Assembly: GCA_964016885.1 (NCBI GenBank)
Contig: OZ024747.1
Span: 81,220,001 to 81,284,000, forward strand
DNA length: 64,000 nucleotides
Origin: Eledone cirrhosa
Lineage: Eukaryota
Direction of reading: 5' to 3'
A model generated the notes under the pieces. That model was not told where the DNA came from, ran no database searches, and saw only the letters and a list, made by a program, of their open reading frames with translations. The translations under genes were made by a program, and so were the position numbers. Of the stretch, positions 41,213 through 54,164 are shown piece by piece. The first letter of the stretch is position 1. Each line of letters opens with the position of its first letter.

Positions 41213-42057
41213 TCTATACATATATATAAAATTGTAGTTGTCTGTGTGTGTGTGTCCTCATTTTTGCAAAGTCTATACATATCCACATTTCTACTCCGAT
41301 TGACTTCTAACTTGCATTTATATATTCCTTGCGGTCTAAAGATGTTAACTGCAGCTTTTATTTTTCAATTTTGTTATTTAATATAAGCGAGGCAAGCCAG
41401 CGCAGTTACCACTTATTGCCAATAAACATTAACCCTTTGTGCACCATTCATCTAACTGTAGACCAACAAATACCAACTAAATGGAGCATTGAGAAGAACG
41501 AGGTAAGCCGTTTCCTCCCGAACTATTAGTTCACGTGGGATTCTCTGCTACACCTTTTCGTAATAATACCGAACAACTGCTGGTCACCCCTTCCACCAAA
41601 AGCCTTACAAAGCGGACATTTGCATCGGGCAGATGGATCGGGTGCAAATCTACACCAGGCCTACGCGAGAAATTCGCAAAGGACTGCACCGAGAGGGCTA
41701 GAGAGAAAGAGTAACTTAGTGACAAGAGTGCGAATGAACTTTTGAGGTAAGTAGCCTACGCCTTACTGCTATTGCAGTGGAACCTTCTGCCAACTTAACC
41801 TGTGACTTTCTCTTTCACATTTACTCCAAAAGGCCAAAACAGAGGAGTATGAAAAGAAGGGGCTCAACAATATTTCTATGAACAATGCACGTAGACAGCT
41901 AAATTGTACTTTCAACTTCTTAATTTTCTCCAAATAAAACAAGTTTCCTGTCGGTATATTTTCTTGAGTTTTTAACAGCCACTCACAAATAAATGTTTCC
42001 CATTGGAGGTGCTATTACCAATGTTCTTACCCGTGCAACGCCAGGATAAACTGCTAG
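41213..42057 (+). mobile_element. Non-autonomous Helitron
   Basis: 5' end A|TCTATACATATATATAAAATTGTAGTTGTCTGTGTG; 3' end CCCGTGCAACGCCAGG...CTGCTAG|T. Confidence 0.8.
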
Positions 42058-42094
42058 TATATATATATATATATATAGTAATAATAATAATAAT

Positions 42095-42275
42095 AATTGT
42101 TTCTGGCACAAGGCCAGCAATTATCCCAGTGTATTACTGGTGCTTTATTTTATCGACTCCATGAGGATTAAAGGCAACGTTAACCTCAGCGGGATTTGAA
42201 CTCAGATCATAAAGGGACGTAACTCTATGCTGCAAAGCATGGCATCAGACCCTCTACCGAGACTGCCAATCCACC
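42095..42275 (-). mobile_element. tRNA-derived SINE (5918 family)
   Basis: High identity to 5918-6102. Confidence 0.85.
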
Positions 42276-42395
42276 AATAATAATAATAATAATGATAATA
42301 ATGTTTTTTAGATTCAGAAGATCCCGTTAAGGGTGAAAGCAGCGATTCTTTGCTTAAACTTTAATCTGTTATTTTAATAAATATATATATATATG

Positions 42396-42800
42396 ATCAT
42401 CATCATCATTTTAGGTCCGCTTTTCTCTGCTTGCAAGGGTTGGACGGGTCCTATTCAGCACAGCATCTCTCCACTTGTCACGGTCCTTCGTCATCTCCTC
42501 GGTGAGTTTCAGCGATCTGAGGTCTGCTCTCACCACCTCTGCCCATGTTTTATATGGTCTACTTCTTCTGTGTCTTCTTTCTACTGGGATTTCTTGGCAC
42601 TTCTTTACTCAGCGGTCATCCTCCATGCATCACAGGTCCATACCATCTCAGCCTTCTCTCCTGCACACCACATCTTATCCCTCTTATACCCAGTTTTTTT
42701 CTCAACTCGTCCATGCTTGGTCGTTCACGCACATTGACATTGCACATCCATCAGAGCATACTGGCTTCATTTCTCTCCAGCCGTCGCATATCCTCTATAT
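42396..42800 (-). mobile_element. RTE-clade LINE 3' fragment from a different subfamily
   Basis: Minus-strand remnant RRLERNEASML..MCNVNVRERPSMDELRKKLGIRGIRCGVQERRLRWYG; (GAT)n tail. Confidence 0.8.
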
Positions 42801-42898
42801 TTAAGGCATATATATATATACACACCTTAAATATATACCTTAAATAAAATAGTTGTAAATATTGTGAAGGTATTTCTTCTTGCAAAACTTTAGAAAAG

Positions 42899-45460
42899 GG
42901 GTGTATTTTGTTAGAGATGCCTACTGACTGTAGTAGGTTTTACTTTGTATTTAGGTAAGGCGGGTCTTCTCTATTACTGAGTACCGCCAAAGGTCTCGGT
43001 CCAGTGACATTGTCTTGGTGAGGTGTAAGTGTGTGAGGTCGGAGTTTATCAGCTCGTCCCAGGTTTTTCTGGGTCTGCCTATTCCGTGGCTACCATCTAT
43101 CTTTATTGCCCTGCACTTTGTTATACAGCTATCGTCCTTCATGCGCATCACGTGACCATACCAACGTAGCCTTCTCTCGAGTAAACAACATCTGATCCCT
43201 CTTATTTCTAATTCTTTCCTTAGTTCGTTTATGCTTTGTCGTTCACGTATATTACTATTACACATCCAGCGGAGCATGCAAGCTTCGTTTCTCTCTAGTC
43301 TGCGTATATCCTCTGCACACAATGCCCAGGTCTCACTGCCATGCAACATTGCTATTCATATGCAGGCATCGTACAACCTGCCTTTCATTTTTAGGGACAA
43401 CCCTTTAGCGGCTAATAGTGGTATAAGCTCTCTGAACTTTTTCCACCCAGTTCTGACTCTAGCTACTGTACTTTCAGAGCACCCTCCCCCACTGCTGATT
43501 TTGTCACCCAGGTAACGGAAGCTGTCCACTATTTCTATAGAACCCTCTGCGCAGTTGAAAGAGCTAGTATTTTGTGAGCACTTGCTGCTACTTATTGCCC
43601 CAGAACACCGGCCACATGTAAAATCTATGTTCTTAGTTAGCTTACCTGTGATCCCACTACATCTTTTATGCACCCAAACTTTGCATTTGGGACACAAAAT
43701 GGAATTTCTACCTACGCCTTTCCTACACTCTGCGCATGGCCACTTCCCGGAAGGGACCGCCGCCTTATTTTCTTTCTTACAAACTAGAACTTTAGTCTTA
43801 GCCAGGTTAACTTTAAGGCCTTTTGATTCTAGGCCGTGCTTCCATGTTTGGAATTTCTTCTCTAGCTCGGCCATTGATTCAGCTATGAGCGTTAGATCAT
43901 CTGCGTATAGGAGTTCCCATGGGCAGCCGGTCTTGAACTCCACTGTTATAGCCTGGAGGGCAATAATAAATAGTAGGGGGCTAAGAACAGAGCCCTGATG
44001 AACACCAACTTTTACACTAAACTCTTCACTATATTCGTTGTTAATTCTAACCTTGCTGACTGTTTCTTTATACATGGCTTGTATAGCTCTCACAAGCCAT
44101 TCATCAACACCTAGTTTTCTAAGAGCCCACCAGATAATGGAACGGGGGACTCTGTCGAAGGCCTTCTCCAAGTCGACGAAAGCTAAGTATAGGGTTTACT
44201 TTTAGCTAGGTACTTCTCCTGTAGTTGTCGTACAATGAAAAGAGCGTCTGTGGTACTTTTTCCTGACACAAACCCGAACTGCATTTCATCTAGATCAATT
44301 CGCTCTCTGATTAGTTGCACTATTACTTTTTCCGTGACCTTCATGACCTGGTCGATTAATTTAATGCCTCTATAGTTACTCCTATCTAGGGCATCTCCTT
44401 TACCCTTATAACAGTTAACGATGATGCTGCTACGCCAGTCCTTCGGAACAACCCCATTCTGTATGACTTGGTTGACTATCCGGGTGACCATGGTGTGTCC
44501 CACCGCACCAGATGCCTTCAGCATCTCGGCAACTATTTCCGAAGGCCCAGCCGCCTTGCCTGCTTCATATCTTTGATTGCCTTACTGGTCCCTCTATTGG
44601 GTCGATGTGGAGAGACTGTCTTTCTCCCATTTATTCTCCTCATTTAGTAGCCTTTCATAGTGACACTTCCAAGCTACCTTCTTATCGGAGTCGGTGATGG
44701 CAAGTACGACGTCATCGTTAAGTACACACTTCTCCCCGACAATATCATTGTTTTCCTTGACACATTGCCTAGCAATCCTGAACACCTCACGTTTTTGGTC
44801 CTCATGTTGTAGAACATGCTTGAACTTTCTTTCCTCTGCTTCCCTTCTTGCGAAGTACACTTGTCTCCTAGCTTCCCTCCTGGCCACTTGATAGTCTTCT
44901 CTGCTTCCCCCATCCCGCCATACTTTCCAAGCCTGCTTTTTGGCCTTAATTGACCCCTCCACCTTACTGTTCCACCACCATGTTACTCTCCTCCTGCCTA
45001 CAGGCCTGCTCCAGCCACAGACTTCGTCTGCCGCCGTCAGCAGGTTTGCTTTCAGGAATTCCCACTGTTCCTCTACCTTGTACGACTCTAATTGCTCTTC
45101 CTTACTGTCAAAAGCATCAAGTAATATGCTTTGGAATTTATTTTTGGCTGTGGGGTCCTTTAGCTTCCATATTTTTCTCCTGAGGATAGTCCTCTTCTGT
45201 TGTCTAGTACGTCTCGTCCTGACTATTAGGTCGCTAATTATCAGTCTATGTTGGGAGGTGCATTCTTTATGGGGGAGGGATTTAGTGTTTACAACATTCA
45301 CTTTGTCACGTCTTCTGGTAAGGATATAATCTACCTGGCTGGTATGTTCCCCTGATCTGTAGGTGATCAAGTGATTGTCTCGTTTTTTGAAGTTAGTGTT
45401 GCAGATAGTTAGGTTATTTGCGTCGCAGAATTCTAGGATTCTGGAGCCTTCCTCATTTCT
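42899..45460 (-). mobile_element. 5'-truncated RTE-clade LINE with consensus-like sequence (partial APE, RT with embedded PHD-like finger)
   Basis: SQVDYIL, SQHRLII, NCYKGKGD, NYRGIKL, QFGF, EKAFDRV, HQGSVLSP, YADD and YLG are all intact; several indels. Confidence 0.95.
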
Positions 45461-45884
45461 ATATATATATATATATATTTATTAAAATATATATGTATAT
45501 ATATATTATTATTACACTGAAATTTGAGCTATTTTCGAATGTCAGTAAGCTCACCAACAACAATGCAAGCATATGAATGTATCCAGTTCTACATTTGTCT
45601 CCCTAACATCATTACTTCCCATGAGAATAAATAAACTCTGATACTTTTTTGCAAGACTGTACTCTTTCAAATGTACAGTTTTCTTTATAAAGAGGTGGTA
45701 TATGAAGATGCTTGTATTTTTAAATGTTCTCAGCACATCGCAGTAGTTCAGAAATTTCTCACATTGCCAGACTATATAAAATCCTGCACCACTCTCATAC
45801 AGGTCCTGCATTTGTCTGCTGATGAAGATACCGTATGTATATACAGTTACGTAATTTTATATATATATTTCATATACATGCCCC

Positions 45885-46140
45885 CATGACGGAGAGGCGT
45901 CACAGAAAAAAGCACCCAGCACTCACTGTAAAGTGGATGTGTAGGTGCCATGGAAAAAAAGCACCTAGCACTAACTGTAAATGAGGTTGTTGTTAGGAAG
46001 AGCATCCAGCTGTAGAAATCAAGCCAGAATCAGTTCCCATATGAGCAAGACAAGATCAGCCGGACACTGCCCACAACAGGACAATCCGTCTAACCCATGC
46101 TAGCGTAGAAGAACGGACGTAAAACGGTGATGATGATGAT
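45885..46140 (+). mobile_element. RTE-type 3' tail element with (GAT)n
   Basis: Homologous to 63223-63480 (minus) and related to the 20500-20751 tail. Confidence 0.8.
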
Positions 46141-46663
46141 TTCTGATAGAAACAGATAACCATATACAGAGAAAATATATATAGTATATGTGTTATCATT
46201 GTTATTAAAATGAGCAACACTGTACCCCAGTCACCACTGCTAACAAGGAGGATGACATTATCGGTAGCAGTATTATTATATTCATCATCATTCTTACATT
46301 TATATTGATTTCTTCTATGGTTTTACGGGTTCAGTGAGACAGGAATAGAGTATATCTCCCAGAATCTTAATCCTGTTTACAGAATTTCATGGGTGTCTAC
46401 AAAGTAAACCTTACTTTGTCACGATGCATCAAAATATACAGAAATAAAAATTACAAGCTGCTGCTGCACCTAAGGGGATTATGACACTCACATATGTATA
46501 TGAAGATGTCTAAGAAACATATATTAAATATATATTAAAACACAACAAAGATACCAATGATAATACATTGTGAAATTATATTACTCAAGATAGTAAGGTA
46601 TAATCCTTTCTACAAACTGAAGTAAATAAAATTTAGTGAGGAATTATTTTTTTCAAAACTTAC

Positions 46664-46755
46664 CCCAGCATTTTGGAGGGGGATGTGACCATGATCCATT
46701 CTCCTGACACTGAGTGGAGAAAGATGGGCCGTCGAAAGTTGTCCTCACATTGCAT
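46664..46755 (-). CDS. Internal coding exon; C-terminal half of the same Sushi domain
   Basis: Acceptor atcatttcag| and donor |gtaagt. 92 nt, phase 2-1, encoding (R)CNVRTTFDGPSFSTQCQENGSWSHPPPKCW(G). Joins in frame to the 51627-51711 exon. Not in the ORF track. Confidence 0.9.
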
Positions 46756-47272
46756 CTGAAATGATTGAAAAACAAATAATAAGAAATGTAATAATAATGA
46801 GAAAAAAGTCATGACAATATTTGCAATTTTTATTCATTCATTTTTCATTTCATTTTGTGCATGGTTTTACAGCATTTATTTCATGTCAATATGGCTAAGA
46901 TAGTTCCATAAATTTTAATATTTACATATATTTGATTCAAGCTTTGGTTGGACATGATATATTTCCATCTAACTACAAACAACTCCTGAAGTAGGTCTTA
47001 TTCTCATGTAGTTAAACTGAATAAGAATCATAATGTATTTTATGAAGAGTCACAAACAATGGTTGTAGTAGTGATGGAGACAATGACTGTGGTCTAGCAC
47101 TATAAAATCATTGCAATTAAAGGAATTAATATCTTATGATATAATCAATCTATTTTAGGTGTCATACTCTCAGAGTTAATCAGCATAGCTACAAAACATA
47201 TTTTCCTGTCATAAACAACATGTTTGGTTCATGAATTTAAAACACATAGTGGCACAACAACAAATGTTTTAA

Positions 47273-47499
47273 CACTTTCGCATTTAAATCTGCCGTATAC
47301 AGCCAGAATTCAGTATAAGTGGCTGGTTATGGCCGTATACGGCCATAACCAGCCACTTATACTGTCGTTAAGAAATTGTTCCCAAAATAAATGACATCAA
47401 AATCTCGTAGATTTGATATTATGTGAGATAATTATATAAGATGAAGTCTTTACTACAAAAATACAATAGTATATAGTGAGTAATGTAAATGCTAAAGGG
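47273..47499. mobile_element. piggyBac-type MITE (13533 family, opposite orientation)
   Basis: TTAA-CACTTTCGCATTTA...TAAATGCTAAAGGG-TTAA. Confidence 0.82.
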
Positions 47500-49192
47500 T
47501 TAAATTTTCATTGTTAAAGCTGAGGTTAGCTGAGTGACCCAATGACAAGTCTCATACTTAAAATGGGGGTACTTTTTTAGTTAACGTTTAATGGCTATAT
47601 ATCCTTCCTGACACCAGACATTTTACTCACGGATTACAACACTCAAGGGTATGGTATACCTGTCATAAATTGAATATACACTGCTGTTTTTATGTTCACA
47701 GCACCTAGTTTTCCAAAGCAGTCACTCATCTAAGTATCAATTAACTATTAACATCCTGTTTTGATTTAGCAGAAAATATCTAAAAAGAGGTTTGTTAATT
47801 TCATAATATATTTACTAAGTGACTGTGAAAATCTGCAGTAAACCAACGATGTTAATTTTTAATGTGAGGTAGTCATAGTGCTGCTTTATAGTTTTCACGT
47901 AAATCTTACTAATGTTGATTCATGCGATACACAACTTTAAAATTTAAACTTCGCATTTTTCAACTCTGGGATCAAACAAGAACCAATGCTTTCAATGTGA
48001 TGTAGCTATAAATGTAGTGTGTACAGTGGATGCAAAATTGAAGATAATATCCAGATATGTAATGTACACTGCTTACACTCCTTTGTTGTTTATAAATTGT
48101 TACAGCAGTTAGATTTTACATATGGATGCACTTACATCAGCTGATCAAAAAAGAAGGGGAAGTAACATTTATTTTAATAGCTTGATATACCGTAGAACAA
48201 AATGTCATCTGTTGACCAGTTTATTTCTTCCATTATTATATTTCTAATGCAAGAACTTATCTGTGATTTTCAAATAATTTTGAGAATAATCTGGAATTTG
48301 GAGGAAACTACTTATATAATTAATTTTCTTATTATTAAGTTGATTTGAGACATATTTTAACAAACGTTCTTACATACTATTATGGAAAGGTTTGAGAGAA
48401 ATATAAGCATTTTACAACAAACATCATGAAATCATGAGCAATTTAAGGCATCTTGATAATGAAAGGGTTAATAATATATTAGCTGAATCTCCAGCAATAA
48501 ACTCCTGAACAGTTTTTAAATAGCAATTTCAATCTAACATATACAGCAAAGTAGCTATAGCTAGAATTGTTATTAAATGCATCATTCAATCAACAATGCT
48601 GTTTGAATAGGTCAATTCAAGCAGAGCTAAGACTATTTAAGAGCATCAACAAGACAATCATTGAACCAATATTTGAACTTTTAATGCCTGCATGTGTAGA
48701 TTAAAAATTTACTGTCAAATAGCCTTGCCTAGTCAGCATATTGTCTGAAATATTTCAAGTGATATTCTTGTAATTATCTCAGTTGCTTGTTGTTTTTAGA
48801 TTTTAAACATCTCTAGAGATAATACTTATGTCTATTAATGTTATGGATAAATTCAGTTGATCAAACAGCTTTAATTCCCTATATATATATTATATAAATA
48901 AAACAACATATTTAAATTTAGTATGCAAAATGCGCCTTTCGTTTTTTTAATGGAATTCTTCACAACCTGTAACCATTTTCATAGAGTTTTTCCTTAAATT
49001 TATTCTTGTACCTGATGAGAAAGGCCAGTTTTAAAATGTCTCCTTCATTATACAGTAGTGGTCATAACTGGATCCCAAAGCCTAAGGTTGCACATAGATG
49101 TTAAATGTATGGAATTTAATACAATTTAAATAAGCTTCTTGTATGATATTGACCATTGTTTTCCTTGGGCATTTATCTATGAATATCCTGCG

Positions 49193-49246
<54 letters not shown>

Positions 49247-49369
49247 TATATGTATAGTATATTTAGCAATATACTGTATGTTTAATTAAAACTATTTAGA
49301 AACCATACGCTATCGGTTTTAAAGTAGTGACTATGTTACTTACTTCTGTTTGGTGAAAGAAGGGAGAGA

Positions 49370-49411
49370 AGCTAACAGTCTGTTTCACGCTGTTTGGCGA
49401 TCATCAGAGCC
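49370..49411 (-). ncRNA. Minimal type I hammerhead ribozyme motif
   Basis: GGCT-CTGATGA-TCGC(CAAACA)GCGT-GAAACA(GAC)TGTT-AGCT. Confidence 0.7.
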
Positions 49412-50059
49412 ACACACCTCCTGCTTCTGCCAAAAATTATAGAAGCTGGATTCTTATAGAATTCCAGTAATATATATATGTGTGTGTGTATGTATACTGA
49501 AGGAATTGTACCTTCAAGACCTTTAATAATAAAATATATATTTCACACACATCCTATACCATGCCTATCAAGTTATCTCAGATGTATTTAGCCAATGTTT
49601 AGACATTATGAATAACATGATAAAATAAAAAAAATAGGTTTGTGTAATTAACATCTAGTGTCTATATTAATATCTAGTCAAAATATTCCCCATAATAAGA
49701 GTAGGAGGATTAAGAACAATACCAACGAAACCACTTTTACAAAACATGAAAGCAAATGATACTAAAAGAAAAATACAATACAAAATAACACTATAAATGT
49801 TGAATAATACAGTCATAGAGAAAGCATTGTTATATAACTAATAAATTAACAACATTCTGTTTAATTTTGGTTCTGTTGTTTACTCTAGACTAAATTTAGC
49901 AATAGGTTTTAATATTCTCAGACTGTCTTGTAAATATGTAACCCTTGATCAATAGAACTATATTATCCACCAGTATATTTACTAATGTTATTATTGATAA
50001 TTTGCACAGTAAATATGAAAATGACTGGATCTTTTATTGCCTGTTGTGTCTCAATATGT

Positions 50060-50510
50060 ACCATAGACAGACAAAATGTTCCTGAGTATATGTGCAATGC
50101 ACACCAGAGCCGTCTTTTGTGGGAGAGCAATTCGTGATTCAAGGTCTATTTACTTAAGATACTCTCTCAGTTTTATTGGTATTGAGCCCAAAGCTCTTAA
50201 AATAATTGGAATTATCTTTAAGTTTTTAGGTGGCATTAACCATATTTGGGTAATTTCAATCTTTAAGTCAGTATACTTTGTTATTTTTTCAATCCTTTTC
50301 AAATCTATGTTGTCTTCTCCTTGGATAGTAACATAAATAATCTGGCATTCATGCCTACGTCTCAACCTAAAAATAATATCAGGTTTGCTCTGTTCAAGTC
50401 TATAATCCATTTAGATTGTAAGGTCTCACAGGATCTACATTTTGTCACTGTCATCTAGTATTGATATTGGGACATACTGGTACCATTTATTGGACACTTG
50501 ATATCAATAT
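50060..50510 (-). mobile_element. Degenerate R2/R4(Dong)-like non-LTR retrotransposon fragment (restriction-like endonuclease domain)
   Basis: KPDII...EDNIDLKRIEKITKYTDLKIEI..IW...IIPIILRALGSIP matches the PD..D..EK..KY RLE motif. Confidence 0.75.
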
Positions 50511-51626
50511 ATATAATAGTAAATATGGTTTTTGTTGGACTTCCATCAGATGATTCAATCAATGGAACTGTTTGCACATAAAATTAACATGTGAGAGGAT
50601 CAGCATTCCATAGTTCTCAGTGACATTTGGCATGACCCAATGGGTAAAATGATTAGTCACTTAAATTGCCAGCACAACACATTTTTGCCAGCTGAGTGGA
50701 CTTGAGCAACATGTAAAAATCTGTTTTGCTCAACAACATAATCCACTATCCTCTCTGGAAATCAAACTCATGATCTTACAGTAATTTACAACTTGCAACT
50801 TCACATATGATTACTGGATCTTGTAATATCTATCAAGTCTCAATAAAGACCTTAGACACAGTATCTTTCTGAATATACATGTAGTGACCAGCCAGGAATT
50901 TTTTGTGGGAGCTATTATTATTATTATTATTATTGAAGATCATGTATATGTCTGAATGGCTTCTCAATAGCAGAATATTTTTAGTCATTCATATTTGGCA
51001 TCATTTTAAAATGTTCATTCTATTGTTAGTTCTGCTATCATTGCTCGGTCTCAAAGGGCAAAAGAGTAAGGCTGTCTTTGACAGGATTTGAAGGATATCA
51101 GAAACACTGCCAATGCATTATTACTTGGCATTAGAGTAAAGAGATATAACATTTTGACTGCAATAATAAAATAAAATAGGATAGAAGCAAATATTCTGAT
51201 AGTGGGTTTTAATGTTTAAATGAATTTGTGAATATAACTGTCAATAACATCAAATAATAGACTCCAAATACTATAATGTAAAAGAAGGATGTACTGCATT
51301 CTATATAAGTAATAAATCATTTTGAAATCTTCATGATGTTGCCACTGTCTTTGCATATTACACAAGGACAGATGACATGAATTCAATTGAGGAAAAAAAT
51401 AGAAAGTAAAAAGATAAAGAAAATACTATAACCAAAGGAAAGTAAATTAATCTAAAGAGAGTATAGAATTACTCTTATTTCCTTTTATTCTAATCTCTAT
51501 CTCTCTGTTTCTTTCTGTATTTTTCTCTTTATTTCACTATCTGTGTCTCTCTTTTGGTGTAACTGTGTGTTTCTGTTTGTCTGCCTGTTTATTACTCACC
51601 CACTTTCTTGCATTAGAATAACTTAC

Positions 51627-51711
51627 CTGAAGAAAAATACAGCTCCTACAGTTGTACGATGTCCATCTAAATAGCCATTCCTCAGAGGACCTGGTAAACC
51701 GCAGTTAGTTT
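51627..51711 (-). CDS. Internal coding exon of a multi-Sushi/CCP-domain protein; N-terminal half of a Sushi domain
   Basis: Acceptor ttacttcag| and donor |gtaagt on the minus strand. 85 nt, phase 1-2, encoding (E)TNCGLPGPLRNGYLDGHRTTVGAVFFF(R), the Sushi start motif C-x2-P-x4-NG. Confidence 0.9.
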
Positions 51712-52070
51712 CTGAAGTAAGAAACAAAAAAGCAAGGGAGTGTATCTGTAACTTATTATGAAACACATTTATAGCATTAGATAAAAGTATTATATATAGA
51801 AATAGTAAATAAAAAAAATACAGCAATTTAGCATAAAAGACTGGTGAATAGCAACCATTTAGCTTAAGCAGAGAAAGGGAAAAAAATATTTATTGCCTTA
51901 TATCACTGTGGGTTTTGAGCCAGATATGATTACAAGATAGTTATAAGGAAGGTATCAAGGAAAGAAAGACAAAAAAGGAAATGGTAGCATGAAAGTACAG
52001 ACGTTAAATGATGAAATAATAAGATGCAGAGTCACAATTGACATGATTTATGCAGTAGATTTTGTTAAGG

Positions 52071-52106
<36 letters not shown>

Positions 52107-54164
52107 GGGAGAGTGAGCATAAGAGTGAGAAGGGGGACAGAGGAAGATAGTAAGAAATACACATATACATATATACATTAGTAACAAAAATAGAAAAACA
52201 TTAATGAGAATAAAAGTGTAGGTAATGTTATATCAACATTAAGGAAATAGTATTGTTCTATCTCTACTAACTCTAAACAAGAACAATAGAGTTAAAACTC
52301 AGAAATTTTTTGCAAACACTAATCATCACAATATCTAATGACTTATCATGGCAACACATATATAACATTATATAAACAACATCCTAAGGAGTAGCATACT
52401 TCTTTAAGGTCAGAAAATGCTCCATCCCTAATCAATTCTCTACAAAATGTAGTATTGCAGCCTACATTACAGTATTGCTTGCATAGGTGGCAAATTAACA
52501 GAGGCATTAGAATGAAGGACAAAATGTATTTTCATATTTGTTCTGGTTTTCTGCATTCTGAGTTCAAATTCTAACATGGCCAACTTAACCTTTCATCTTT
52601 TTTGTGTCAATAGGATAAAGAACTTGTCGTAGGTTGACTGAGTTGTTAGAGCTTTGAATAAGATGCCTAACTTTATGTTTCAACACTGTGAATCCCAAGT
52701 TCAAATCTCACTTTGGGTTATTTGTGTTGTGGACTTAATCCATCACTTAGTTTAACACCACCACCTGGCCCTTTGGAGAATTCAGTGTATGAACTCCACT
52801 TTGGTGCAAGCATACATTCTGTTATAGAATGTATGTTTTCAAATTTATATTTACAATATATATATGTATGAACACTACATTATAAACGCTAGTCACCATC
52901 TGATTTCTTGATATGTAAATGGTCTTTGACTGATCTCTAGTTTGGTTCTAGTCTGACATTTTGTTCATATATAAGAACGAGGTACATATATCCGATTGGA
53001 GATTGAACTGATCAATACATAGTGTAGGTATAAATATTGTAAATATACACTCCAGAATTGAGGTTAGTATTTGAATCCAGGAAAATTATAATCATTTACA
53101 CATCCTTACATCTACCTATACATACACATACTTTAAATTACACGTATGAATGAAATGGACTCAAATATAAAGGGGAGTTGATTCATTTATTCAAAACTGA
53201 GGCCTCACACAGTCAGTATAAAGAAGTGAGTACTTTGAAGAAATGAATGCATATTATATATATGAACATTTGAAATCTATTTGCTTTTCTTATAAAAGTT
53301 GCCACAATGCACATGATAACTATAAATTAGTCAAGTAAATTGGGTAAATTACACTTAGAGGACGTAACTAGGCAGGCAGGGACGTCTTAGGAATCAAACT
53401 ATGCAACTGCTGTAAGCTAACTGGCAATAGTAAACATTACACCAACATGCCAGCCCAACTTTTCAATGTCTAATTAGAAACTTTAACAGTTAGATAAATG
53501 TTAGAAGTTCAACTTATATGTTGAAATGTTAGCCAGAAACTTTGGTGTAATGGTTCTCATAGCTGTCCAGCATATGGCAGGTGCAGAGTTTGATACTGGT
53601 AGATATATCTGTCCACAGTTTTTCATCTCCAATAATAATTTATCTGATTTATTTGAATGTTTTATAGTTAATATACGTACTGTGGCAGCTTTCATATGAA
53701 ATGCAAATAAATTTCAAATTTACAAATTTGCCCGGGGTCTTCATAAATTTATTGGTTTATATATGTAGCTATTTCAGAACTTAGTAATTTCTTCAAATCA
53801 CAACGGAGCAAAAGAAAGTTTATGAAAAATAAATCTGAGTTATGATGATAATTAACAATAACAAAAAAAAAAAAACAAAAAAAAAAAACATTGATAAATT
53901 TATTGCAAAACACTTTTGATTTGACAAATTCATGAACTAGTTTTGCAAAATGAATGTATATTATCATCTTCCATTAGTTTTCCAAGCTAGCACATGTTGG
54001 AATGTATGGTATGTATGTATATATATATACATACATATATAGTATTATACATATATGTATATATACAAATATACAAATACATATATATATATATTTCGTT
54101 TCTGAACAAAATGGCGTAGGACAGAACAAAGGAGAGGCACAGAAACAAAGAAAGGAATCCCCCA

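Noticed and set aside
42899-45460. Alternative polarity: this copy is G>A (APOBEC-like) mutated and the 18-20 kb copy is ancestral
   Set aside because: This copy keeps YADD, YLG, QG and its Trp codons, which G>A hypermutation would turn into stops. The G-rich copy is the one that lost catalytic residues.
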